From contig CANQBC010000005.1 in assembly GCA_947589225.1 (NCBI GenBank), positions 9,006 to 73,005 of the forward strand: 64,000 nt of DNA, in the 5' to 3' direction. Shown here piece after piece: positions 29,228 to 36,750 of the stretch (within the stretch, counting starts at the first letter, position 1; each line of letters opens with the position of its first letter). The notes under the pieces were generated by a model, which was not told where the DNA came from, made no database searches, and worked only from the letters and a program-made list of their open reading frames with translations. The position numbers and the translations under genes are program-made. This DNA is from an uncultured Oscillospiraceae bacterium (GTDB lineage: Bacteria; Bacillota; Clostridia; Oscillospirales; Oscillospiraceae).

Positions 29228-29738
29228 TCACTTGTCAAAGGACGGGTTCATATAGTAGACGTTCTTCTGATCCATTTTGTCGAGAGTACGGCCCAGGGCC
29301 TCGCCGAAGCGCTGGAAATGGACGACTTCACGTTCACGCAGGAACTTCATGACGTTGTTGACATCCGGGTCGTCGGAGAGGCGCAGGATGTTGTCGTAGG
29401 TGGTGCGCGCCTTTTGCTCGGCGCCCATGTCCTCGGTGAGATCGGTAATGGTGTCGCCCTTGACGCCGATGGTGGCGGCTGTCCAGGGGGTACCGGAGGC
29501 AAATTGGGGGTAGATCCCGGCGGTATGATCCACGAAATAGGTGTCAAAGCCGGCCTTCTTGATTTCCTCGGGCGTCATGTCCCGGGTAAGCTGATGGACC
29601 ACTGCGGCTACCATCTCAAAGTGCCCAAGCTCCTCAACGCCGATGTCGGTGAGTAGACCGCGAAGCTCCGGGTAGGGCATGGAGTAGCGCTGGCTCAGAT
29701 AGCGCAGCGAAGCGGCAAGCTCTCCGTCAGGGCCACCT
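29228..29738 (-). pseudogene. cotJC: CotJC-type manganese-catalase-family gene lacking its first ~28 codons (interrupted by prophage insertion)
   Basis: The in-frame translation upstream of the track ORF reads ...SGGPDGELAASLRYLSQRYSMPYPELRGLLTDIGVEELGHFEM.... This matches the CotJC/Mn-catalase core from the conserved GG(P/A)DGELAA onward. Homology stops at about 29738, there is no start codon or RBS, and the integrase stop codon lies 25 nt away. Confidence 0.8.
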
Positions 29739-29763
29739 GATACCGTCAGACTATTATCATCGG

Positions 29764-31242
29764 CTATAAAAATAGTCGGTAGCTTATGGAGAGGGTCATT
29801 GTGGAGCGGTTGAAGGTGATGGTCTCGGCGATATTGCGGAGGGCGGTATTCTTTTCATCCAGGGGGGCGTCGGGGGAGGTGAGCGTATTATAGGCATCCC
29901 GTATTCTCTCCGACAGGGCGGCGGCAAGGAGGGCGGGAGAGGACTCTGTTTTTTCAGCGTTCGCAATCTCCTCTGTAAGGTCCTCCGCCTGACTGTCAAG
30001 CTCTGATTTAAAGTGCGTGAACTGGTCAAGGCCGATGGCGCCGGAAAGGTAAGCGTCCATCAGACGGGCGCTTCTCTTCTCTGTGTCGGCCAGAGAGGCG
30101 CGCAGACGGGCAAGCTCGCTGGCGCGTGCCGGGCTCTGGGGGGAGACGGTGAAGCTCAGGGGAACGGCGGACGACATATCCTCCCGAAGCTTTTCTATCA
30201 GCGCGTCGTGTAGAAGATCCACGCGGATATGCTGGGAGCTCCTGCACCGGCCGCGCATATAGTTGTTGCACTTGAAATATCGGGGCTTTACAAATATCAA
30301 CGTAGACCCGCACTCGGAGCACCGGACAAGGCCGGATAGCCAGTCCTTCAGCTCGTAGGTGGGGCGGGCCTTATAGCCCCACACAGCCTTGATCTCTGCG
30401 ATCCTCTTCTGCGCGGCCTCGAATACCTCCTCGGAGACAATGGGCTCATGAGAGGCGTCGGCCACGATGGTGTCCGGGTTTTCAAAGTTCCGCCTGGCTC
30501 TGCCTGTGGGCGTCCAACGGAGCTTTCCCACATACACGGGGTTGCGCAGCATATATTCAACCGTCCGGTTCTCAAAGGGGTTTCCCCGGTGGGTACGGAT
30601 CCCCTGGGCGTTGAGCCATTTGGCGATGGGGTAAAATCCCTCGCCGCCGTTGAAGCGGTCGAAGATCTCCCGGACAAGCCGCGCCTCCTCCGGAATAATC
30701 TCAAGGGTCGATTTCCGGCCGGGTTCCATATGGACCCGGTAGCCGAAGGGGGGCGTGGACTGGAGCTCCCCGCGCTCGGCTTTGACCTTCATTGTGCGCT
30801 TGACCTCCTGACTGAGGCGGATGGAATAGAATTCGTCAAACCACTCGATGATCCGCTCGATGAGGGAGGCGAAGGGGCCGCCGGGGAGGGGTTCGGACAC
30901 GGAGATCACGTCCACGCCGCACTGCTTGCGCAGCAGGGCCTTATAGACAATGCTCTCCTCCTGGTTTCGGGCGAAGCGCGAGAACTTCCACAGCAGTATG
31001 ACGTCGAAGGGAGCGGGGTTCTCCTTGGCGGCGCCGATCATCCTCTGAAAGGCGGGGCGGTTTTCGCTGCGCTTGCCGGATATGCCCTCGTCCATGAAGA
31101 TGAGGTCGTCGGGCAGGAGGATATTGTTAGCCGCGGCGTACTTGCGGATCTCAATGAGCTGGCTTTCCGGGGACTGATCCGCCTGTTCGTCGGTGGACAC
31201 GCGGATATACGCGGCGGCGGTGCGGAGGAGGGATGGGGGCAT
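29764..31242 (-). CDS. Large serine recombinase (phage integrase)
   Basis: N-terminal resolvase catalytic domain (AAAYIRVSTDEQ), recombinase domain, zinc ribbon (CSECGSTLIFVKPRYFKCNNYMRGRC) and a C-terminal coiled coil. Confidence 0.9.
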   Translation of the reverse strand: MPPSLLRTAAAYIRVSTDEQADQSPESQLIEIRKYAAANNILLPDDLIFMDEGISGKRSENRPAFQRMIGAAKENPAPFDVILLWKFSRFARNQEESIVYKALLRKQCGVDVISVSEPLPGGPFASLIERIIEWFDEFYSIRLSQEVKRTMKVKAERGELQSTPPFGYRVHMEPGRKSTLEIIPEEARLVREIFDRFNGGEGFYPIAKWLNAQGIRTHRGNPFENRTVEYMLRNPVYVGKLRWTPTGRARRNFENPDTIVADASHEPIVSEEVFEAAQKRIAEIKAVWGYKARPTYELKDWLSGLVRCSECGSTLIFVKPRYFKCNNYMRGRCRSSQHIRVDLLHDALIEKLREDMSSAVPLSFTVSPQSPARASELARLRASLADTEKRSARLMDAYLSGAIGLDQFTHFKSELDSQAEDLTEEIANAEKTESSPALLAAALSERIRDAYNTLTSPDAPLDEKNTALRNIAETITFNRSTMTLSISYRLFL

Positions 31243-31310
31243 GGGGGAGGACTCCTTTCTGTAAATTCATTGGCCGTGCCAGTGGTGGTAATTATGGCAG
31301 GGACGGTGTT

Positions 31311-31820
31311 TTAGCTTTCGTTATTATAATTTAATTCAAGAACAATGCCTTCGCTTTCCTTGTCACTAAGCCCATATTCTTCTGCGTCACTTACCCGGCA
31401 ATGAAAACGGTATGGTGAATCAAATGAGAGCGTGGGATATTCGATTGGAACATAACTTCCGCTCTCGTAGTATTTATAACTGTCAACGACCTTGCCGCCT
31501 TCAAAATTATCGCTTCTGTAATAATATTCCGATATTGCTACCAACAATGTACCGTTACTTACAGACTTAGCCTCACACACGATGTATTCCGCCCCCCTTG
31601 CAGGGTGAAGACTATCTGAAATTACATACTTAGGCTCACAATACGTAATGTCTATATAAACTTTATCAGATTTCTCTGAATCTGAGCTGTATGCTACTTC
31701 TACGTTATTCTTTTCGTTGAACTCCAATGGGAGGAGAAGAACAAGTAATAAAATTGTAACTATAGCAAACCCCCACAGTAAAACCCAGGGAAAATCTTTT
31801 TCTCGGACTCTAATAGCCAT
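31311..31820 (-). CDS. Membrane-anchored protein (N-terminal TM helix + ~130-aa external domain); last gene of the AT-rich cassette
   Basis: Start chosen at MAIRVREKDFPWVLLWGFAIVTILLLVLLLP. The longer 225-aa track ORF would overlap the upstream gene. AT-rich. No recognisable family. Confidence 0.5.
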   Translation of the reverse strand: MAIRVREKDFPWVLLWGFAIVTILLLVLLLPLEFNEKNNVEVAYSSDSEKSDKVYIDITYCEPKYVISDSLHPARGAEYIVCEAKSVSNGTLLVAISEYYYRSDNFEGGKVVDSYKYYESGSYVPIEYPTLSFDSPYRFHCRVSDAEEYGLSDKESEGIVLELNYNNES

Positions 31821-31840
31821 ACCTGAATGCCTTCTTTCTT

Positions 31841-32125
31841 TTATCGTTTTGTACGGTGCCGGAGGATCATATACCATGCTGCCAGGACGGCTGGGTAAGC
31901 GATAAGATAGATGATACAGTGAAGGTCGAAAGGTTCGACTTTGCCGAACAGCAGGAAGCACAGTACAAAGACCCACAGCACGGTACACAGGGACAGCAGC
32001 GTCTCTGTGACTGTGGGCCTGTTATATGGGTCTTCACACCACTTCCGCTTGTAGTCCTCCCGGTATAAAAACCGCAGGATTATCTGACCGATAAAACGGA
32101 AGGGGCCGGGAAAAGAATTACTCAT
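31841..32125 (-). CDS. Small membrane protein (2 predicted TM helices)
   Basis: 94-aa ORF with hydrophobic segments LLSLCTVLWVFVLCFLLF and IIYLIAYPAVLAAWYMIL. Same strand and tightly spaced with its neighbours. Confidence 0.45.
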   Translation of the reverse strand: MSNSFPGPFRFIGQIILRFLYREDYKRKWCEDPYNRPTVTETLLSLCTVLWVFVLCFLLFGKVEPFDLHCIIYLIAYPAVLAAWYMILRHRTKR

Positions 32126-32132
32126 GGGCGGG

Positions 32133-32330
32133 TCACTTTCCGTCGAAATCTCCGCGAGTGGTTTTACGAATCAAGTAAACAAACGGAGCGTATAAAAGAA
32201 CTGTCAACAAAGCACCAAGGCTGATGTGAGCGAACATACTTAAGGAAACTGTAATTGCAGATGGTATAAAAAGCCACAGAATAATAAGACCGATTCTTTT
32301 TACAATACGCATATTGGGAATCTCCTTCAA
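32133..32330 (-). CDS. Small membrane protein (2 predicted TM helices)
   Basis: 65-aa ORF (IGLIILWLFIPSAITVSL, LGALLTVLLYAPFVYLI). Its start codon directly abuts the stop of the upstream gene. Confidence 0.45.
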   Translation of the reverse strand: MKEIPNMRIVKRIGLIILWLFIPSAITVSLSMFAHISLGALLTVLLYAPFVYLIRKTTRGDFDGK

Positions 32331-32885
32331 TTATTTCTTTTTCATAGAAAAAGCGGTAAACAAGGCGCCGGGTATAAAAACGATACCTATTGCCGTAGCA
32401 AAAAAGAAAAGCGCACCAATTATACCGAAAACAATTGAAACGGCGGTAGACTTAGAGAGAATCGCAGCCAAGTTGAAGAGAAACCCGTCAGGTGAGATTT
32501 TCCCGTGTAATATGAAAAAGAACACAGGAACCAATATAATCATAATCAGTGAGGCTGCGGAGCGATTATCTGAGTTTCCGTAAGCTGCATAGTCTTTTTT
32601 TTCTTGTGCTTTTTGCTTTGCCTTATATGAGTTTGCGGCCACACCTGAACAGGCCCATATACCGAGAAGAATTGTTACAAGAATTTGGACAAACGTGCTC
32701 TTTCCTGCCAGAAAAGGAGTGACGCTATAAGCGAGAATGGCGGAAGAAACGGAGTGAATGAACAGGTATGCAAAGACACTTTTCAAATGCCTGATAAGTA
32801 CTTGAAAAACTGAAACAATTATTTTATATACAAAGTCAAAAGCGACAAAAATCAAAATGCAATGAAAAAAAGCCAAGTTGTGCAC
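32331..32885 (-). CDS. Polytopic membrane protein (about 5-6 TM helices); first gene of the AT-rich cassette
   Basis: 184-aa ORF that is hydrophobic throughout, with one basic loop (KAKQKAQEKKD). The start is either the GTG at 32885 or, more likely, the TTG at 32876, which lies 8 nt after AAAGGAAG. Confidence 0.5.
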   Translation of the reverse strand: MHNLAFFHCILIFVAFDFVYKIIVSVFQVLIRHLKSVFAYLFIHSVSSAILAYSVTPFLAGKSTFVQILVTILLGIWACSGVAANSYKAKQKAQEKKDYAAYGNSDNRSAASLIMIILVPVFFFILHGKISPDGFLFNLAAILSKSTAVSIVFGIIGALFFFATAIGIVFIPGALFTAFSMKKK

Positions 32886-32988
32886 TTCCTTTCGCCCGGA
32901 GTATCACTGCTCCGGATTTATTTTTTTATATATTTCGTTATGTCGATGACTTTGGGGCCGGAAAGGAAAAATGAATTATTTACTGAAT

Positions 32989-33513
32989 TTACCCTACTTG
33001 CTTAGACTCCGGGCGCTTTAGGAACTGGGCGTCGCTGGCAATTTTCGTTAGCTCATACATAGCCGCGCCTTGCCCAGCCTCATTCAGAAGCATAAAAAGA
33101 TTGTAGAGCTTATTGAAATTTACCATTTCTGAGTCTTTTGGAAGCGATTCTTCAAGGCGTTTCTCATATCCGGCAAAACTTGGAACACCCTCCTTGAGGA
33201 GAATATAAATCTTCTCAAGGAGCGAGGCGTTGAAGAAATCATTATACATATCAATGTGCCATTCACTGTCGCCTGTGGCAAGTTTAACTTTAGAGCTAAA
33301 GCCAAACTCTCCCATAATATCATCGACATTATAAATATCACAAAGGGCAATAAACGTATTGACGCGGGGAGTGGAGACGCCGGATTCGTAGCCGTAAAGT
33401 GTTTTCGTGCTAATGTCTATACCGCGATTCTTCAGTTTTTCAACAACTTCTTCAGAAGACAGGCCGGAACTTGTACGCAGATTCCGCAAGATCCCAGCCG
33501 GTAAATCGTTCAT
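32989..33513 (-). CDS. XRE-family HTH repressor (CI-like) with C-terminal domain
   Basis: HTH region LRTSSGLSSEEVVEKLKNRGIDISTKTLYGYESG. The ATG at 33513 lies 8 nt after AGGAGG. It is divergent from a Cro-like gene. Confidence 0.75.
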   Translation of the reverse strand: MNDLPAGILRNLRTSSGLSSEEVVEKLKNRGIDISTKTLYGYESGVSTPRVNTFIALCDIYNVDDIMGEFGFSSKVKLATGDSEWHIDMYNDFFNASLLEKIYILLKEGVPSFAGYEKRLEESLPKDSEMVNFNKLYNLFMLLNEAGQGAAMYELTKIASDAQFLKRPESKQVG

Positions 33514-33541
33514 TATATTACCTCCTAACGTTAATAACTTA

Positions 33542-33570
33542 ATTGTAAAACGAGGTTTTTTGAAAGTCAA
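33542..33570 (-). promoter_or_regulatory. Candidate repressor promoter (minus strand)
   Basis: On the minus strand: TTGACT (complement of 33565-33570), 17 nt spacer, TACAAT (complement of 33542-33547). Confidence 0.5.
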
Positions 33571-33601
33571 TAAATTTTTCTTAAAAATAAAGAAAAAAGT
33601 A

Positions 33602-33651
33602 TTGACTTTCTTAGAAACTAAGATTATAATTTGCTTATCTTAGAAACTAAG
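33602..33651 (+). promoter_or_regulatory. Early (Cro-side) promoter with two identical palindromic operators
   Basis: TTGACT (33602-33607), 17 nt spacer, TATAAT (33625-33630). The operator TCTTAG-AAA-CTAAGA occurs at 33609-33623 (inside the spacer) and at 33638-33652 (just downstream of the -10). A degenerate copy CTTAAAAATAAAG lies at 33580-33592, between the two -35 boxes. Confidence 0.6.
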
Positions 33652-33669
33652 AAAAGAGGCGATTAAAAA

Positions 33670-33870
33670 GTGAGCGTAGAAAAAAGGATTGCAGACGAGA
33701 TAAAAAAATCTGGCATGACCGTTGCGGCCATCTGCCGAATGACCGGCATTAAACCGGGGGCGCTTTATCCTGCTGTAACAGGAAAGCGCGAGCTTCGCGC
33801 AGATGAGTTCCTGGCGTTATGCCAGATTTTACGTCTTGACCCGCGGGATGTCGCGGACAAAAGCGCGTGA
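33670..33870 (+). CDS. Cro-like small HTH protein
   Basis: 66 aa with a GTG start after AGAGG. HTH region MTVAAICRMTGIKPGALYPAVTGKR. It is the first gene of the rightward operon. Confidence 0.6.
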   Translation: MSVEKRIADEIKKSGMTVAAICRMTGIKPGALYPAVTGKRELRADEFLALCQILRLDPRDVADKSA

Positions 33871-33886
33871 GAGGGGCGTGAGCGGG

Positions 33887-34096
33887 ATGGAACGGGTCTA
33901 TACGATTAAACAGGCAAGGCTCCTTGCGGGGCTGACGCAGGAAAAAACGGCGGCTGAAATGGGAATATCTCGTGACCGCTACATGAAGCTGGAGAAAAAC
34001 CCGGAGCTTGTGACAGTTGGACAGGCGCGGGAGATAAGCAGGATCACCGGCATACCGTTTGAACAGATCTCTTTTGAATATAGAGAGAGGAGGTGA
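33887..34096 (+). CDS. XRE-family HTH protein
   Basis: IKQARLLAGLTQEKTAAEMGISRDRYMKLEKNP is a classic HTH_3 pattern. The start was refined to the ATG at 33887. Confidence 0.6.
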   Translation: MERVYTIKQARLLAGLTQEKTAAEMGISRDRYMKLEKNPELVTVGQAREISRITGIPFEQISFEYRERR

Positions 34097-34101
34097 GCCG
34101 G

Positions 34102-34248
34102 GTGAATCCAGAGCAGGTCAAACACGTGGTTGAAATCCTTATCAAGGCCATGGAGCGGGCGGTCGAGAAAAAGGACGCGACCCCGATAGAGGCGGAAGCT
34201 CTATGCAGGATCGCATCGGTTTTGATTGAGTTCACCAAGATCGTTTAG
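34102..34248 (+). CDS. Small hypothetical protein (48 aa), not in the ORF track
   Basis: A GTG at 34102 follows GGAGGTGA. It reads VNPEQVKHVVEILIKAMERAVEKKDATPIEAEALCRIASVLIEFTKIV. Coding status is uncertain. Confidence 0.3.
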   Translation: MNPEQVKHVVEILIKAMERAVEKKDATPIEAEALCRIASVLIEFTKIV

Positions 34249-34421
34249 CCTTCGGTTTTGTGAACATCCTCGGCGATTTCGAGGATTTTGTTGTAGACAG
34301 CCTCAAAGAATTCGGCCACATTTTCTGCACACATCCAAGGCGCAGCGTTTTCTGTACTGGACATAGCAGCTATTGTGATTTCTTTTGCGGCATCTATCGC
34401 ATATTGCTTGGGTCGATTCAT
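34245..34421 (-). CDS. Small hypothetical protein (58 aa) on the opposite strand
   Basis: The start at MNRPKQYAIDAAKEITIAAMSS is preceded by GGAGAGGAGGTGAGGAA. The longer track ORF is rejected. Confidence 0.4.
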   Translation of the reverse strand: MNRPKQYAIDAAKEITIAAMSSTENAAPWMCAENVAEFFEAVYNKILEIAEDVHKTEG

Positions 34422-34535
34422 TTCCTCACCTCCTCTCCAAAATAACTTGGAGGACGGGGACGAAAAAGCAAGGGGTAGTACGGGACGATTGCATTGTACC
34501 ACAAAATGCGTAAATTTTCAACAAATAGTTTGGAA

Positions 34536-34751
34536 ATGAGCGGGATGACCTTTAGTGAATTATTGGATGTGCTGGCGGTCAACAACCTACGGGCGGGAGC
34601 TTACCGCAAAGGCAAACCAAACCCAACGGATACTCGCTATATCTATTTGGAAATCACGGGATTCGGGAAGGTTGGCGATTGCCAGGTTCAGGAGATATAC
34701 GAAGGCAGGAACGGGACGAGTATTCGGCTGCTCGGAAAGGAAAGCGCGTGA
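34536..34751 (+). CDS. Hypothetical phage protein
   Basis: ORF-track 34494-34751. The start is uncertain (MSGMTFSELL or MTFSELL). Confidence 0.3.
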   Translation: MSGMTFSELLDVLAVNNLRAGAYRKGKPNPTDTRYIYLEITGFGKVGDCQVQEIYEGRNGTSIRLLGKESA

Positions 34752-34803
34752 GAGGGATAGGACAAACCGGGGCGGAAATAGACTTCATCGGGAGGCGGTA
34801 TTT

Positions 34804-35028
34804 ATGAAAAAACAACAGAAGATCACGGTGAAGTCGTATGTCCATTACCGGGGGGAGATGGTGGAATTTTGTGAGCTCCCCCCGGAGGTGAAGCAGCAGG
34901 CGGCCACAGCGCTTGCGCTTAAATACTTCAACACCCTCTTTGCCGGGAAGGCCGTTTTCACCGTGGCGGAGGGGGCGGAAGCGGAAAAGGCGGCGCGGCC
35001 GGGCTGCGCTGGGCCGGAGGCCGTCTGA
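34804..35028 (+). CDS. Hypothetical phage protein (74 aa)
   Basis: The ATG at 34804 opens MKKQQKITVKSYVHYRGEMVEFCELPPEVK.... This is the internal start of track ORF 34555-35028. Confidence 0.4.
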   Translation: MKKQQKITVKSYVHYRGEMVEFCELPPEVKQQAATALALKYFNTLFAGKAVFTVAEGAEAEKAARPGCAGPEAV

Positions 35029-35054
35029 GAGAACACAAAAGGAGGCGGATTTTT

Positions 35055-35396
35055 TTGTACAAAAGAATGAAATGGGACAAGGTGTCCAGAACGGACAGGG
35101 CGCGGCGCCGGCGGACAAGGCGGCGGGCGCTTACCGCGGTGAAGTGGGCTGTTGTGCTGTCCTGCGCCGCGGCCTTCGCCGGGTATCTCGCCCGGCTGTC
35201 CGGGGGTGTGTTTACGGGGCAGGACACGCTGGTCATATTTGCGGACGCGGTGATCCTCTACCGGCTTCTGGAGAGGGCCGCCGTCTGGACGGGTGACGCC
35301 CTGCGGGAGATCATCAGGGCAAGGACGCGGGAGAAGGTGATGGCCAGACGGTTCGCCTCGGCGGGGCGGCTGTCTGAAAGGAGGGAGAGCGCTTGA
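35055..35396 (+). CDS. Hypothetical protein with an Arg-rich N-terminus and one TM helix
   Basis: RRRRTRRRALTAVKWAVVLSCAAAFAGYLA. Same strand, with overlapping stop and start with the next gene. Confidence 0.4.
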   Translation: MYKRMKWDKVSRTDRARRRRTRRRALTAVKWAVVLSCAAAFAGYLARLSGGVFTGQDTLVIFADAVILYRLLERAAVWTGDALREIIRARTREKVMARRFASAGRLSERRESA

Positions 35397-35593
35397 GCGG
35401 GGAGAAGCACAGCCAGGACTTTGAGCGGTACAAAAAGGGACTTACATATTATGCGAAGGACCTGAAAAACAGGATCTATCTCCTCTACCGGGCCGCGTTG
35501 GACGCGGCCCATCACGACGATTTCACCCCGGCGGAGCTGGAAGGACTGGCAAAAATCGCCTTTCCGGAACGGGAGGGGAGCGGCGATGGGTGA
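35393..35593 (+). CDS. Hypothetical phage protein (TTG start)
   Basis: ORF track. Overlaps both neighbours by a few nt, which is typical phage packing. Confidence 0.35.
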   Translation: MSGEKHSQDFERYKKGLTYYAKDLKNRIYLLYRAALDAAHHDDFTPAELEGLAKIAFPEREGSGDG

Positions 35594-35831
35594 TCCGAAC
35601 TGCGCCAGATGCCGGCTCGCCCGCAGGGGCGAGGCGATCCGGGGACGGGTGACGTACAGGTGCTTTGACCCGGAAGGGCGGCTCACGGATCCGTCGACCG
35701 GACAGCCGGGCAGGCCAACGACGGGGCGCGTCGTGGCGTCGCCCATGCCGAGGGAAGTTGCCGAAAGGCTGGGGATCGAGGCCCCGGCGTGGTGCCCTCG
35801 TCGTCGCGGAGAGGAGGGGAGCGGAGCGTGA
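35586..35831 (+). CDS. Hypothetical small Cys-containing protein
   Basis: CARCRL...YRC...WCP, a possible zinc-binding arrangement. Confidence 0.35.
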   Translation: MGDPNCARCRLARRGEAIRGRVTYRCFDPEGRLTDPSTGQPGRPTTGRVVASPMPREVAERLGIEAPAWCPRRRGEEGSGA

Positions 35832-35968
35832 AAAGGCGTGACTTAAGAGAAGGCGGTATGTTCGCGGCGATCGGCGTGGTGTTGTACGTCGCCGTGGGGC
35901 TGGCGCTGAGGGCGATGGGGGTGTGAGGGGGCGGCGAGGGGAAGGCTAACAGAAAGGGAAGGTCAAAA

Positions 35969-36358
35969 ATGTCAAAACCTTATGATTATCCCGGAGGATT
36001 TCTGCTGACAAAGAAGAAGGCAGAGGCTCTGGCGATACAGGAATTCGGGACGGCCCGAGGGCTGGAGCAGGAAGTTGGGATGGGGAAAGGGTTTTTCCTC
36101 ATGCGAATCGGGAAGCTGGTGGTAAGGTTCAAGCCGGATGTGATTTTCAACAGTGGAAGGATACGGGTAGATGTTGAAATGTGGAACACATCGGGCTTCC
36201 TCTGCAAGTTTTATGACCGTGAAACGCTGGAGGAAGACTTTGATGTTCTTCAACGGTATCTCGGGCAGCGAGAGCGGGAGCTCCTGAAGGACTGGGTAGA
36301 CACCTCCAGCGCGGAGTATTGCCACAGGGAGATCGACATTCTCAACGAAGGGAGGTGA
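35969..36358 (+). CDS. Hypothetical phage protein (129 aa)
   Basis: Clean ORF with the ATG shortly after GGAAGG. No recognisable family. Confidence 0.45.
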   Translation: MSKPYDYPGGFLLTKKKAEALAIQEFGTARGLEQEVGMGKGFFLMRIGKLVVRFKPDVIFNSGRIRVDVEMWNTSGFLCKFYDRETLEEDFDVLQRYLGQRERELLKDWVDTSSAEYCHREIDILNEGR

Positions 36359-36363
36359 AGGAT

Positions 36364-36738
36364 GTGAAAGAGGAATTTGAGGCGAAGAGCGTGATGGAGA
36401 TGTCTGGCGGGGCTATTCTGGAGCGGGTCAACGTGGAGATGGCGCGGGTGGTGGAGAATATTCTTGACCCCAACGCCAAGGCGGACGCCAAGAGGAAGAT
36501 CACGGTCACTCTGGAGCTGACGCCCAGCGCGGACCGGAAGAACATCACCGTCAAGACCACGGCCAAGAGCACGCTGGTACCCACGGACGCGGTGACAACG
36601 AGCCTCTTCATCGCCGGGAAGCCCCTGTCCGGGGAGATGGCGATATATGAGGCGGTGCCCCAGGTGCCGGGGCAAATCGGCATGGACGGGGCGGAGCAGA
36701 GCAAACCGAAAATTTTAAAGATCCCCTACGCGGGGTAA
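36364..36738 (+). CDS. Phage protein of the family often annotated 'replication terminator protein'
   Basis: A GTG at 36364 lies 8 nt after GGAGG. The pattern ...SGGAILERVNVEMARVVENILDPNAKADAKRKITVTLELTP... resembles that family as I remember it, but this is unverified. Confidence 0.4.
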   Translation: MKEEFEAKSVMEMSGGAILERVNVEMARVVENILDPNAKADAKRKITVTLELTPSADRKNITVKTTAKSTLVPTDAVTTSLFIAGKPLSGEMAIYEAVPQVPGQIGMDGAEQSKPKILKIPYAG

Positions 36739-36750
36739 GGAGGAAAAGAT

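Noticed and set aside
31821-31988. A 56-codon N-terminal extension of the last cassette gene (track ORF 31311-31988).
   Set aside because: It overlaps the 3' end of the 31841-32125 gene in another frame and encodes a Pro/Arg/Ser-rich non-membrane sequence. The internal Met precedes a clean signal-anchor helix.
32896-32915. A hairpin plus T run on the plus strand between the repressor and the membrane cassette, considered as a terminator.
   Set aside because: The stem is only 6 bp, and the T run is on the strand opposite to both flanking genes. It is at best a weak antisense terminator and is not called as a feature.
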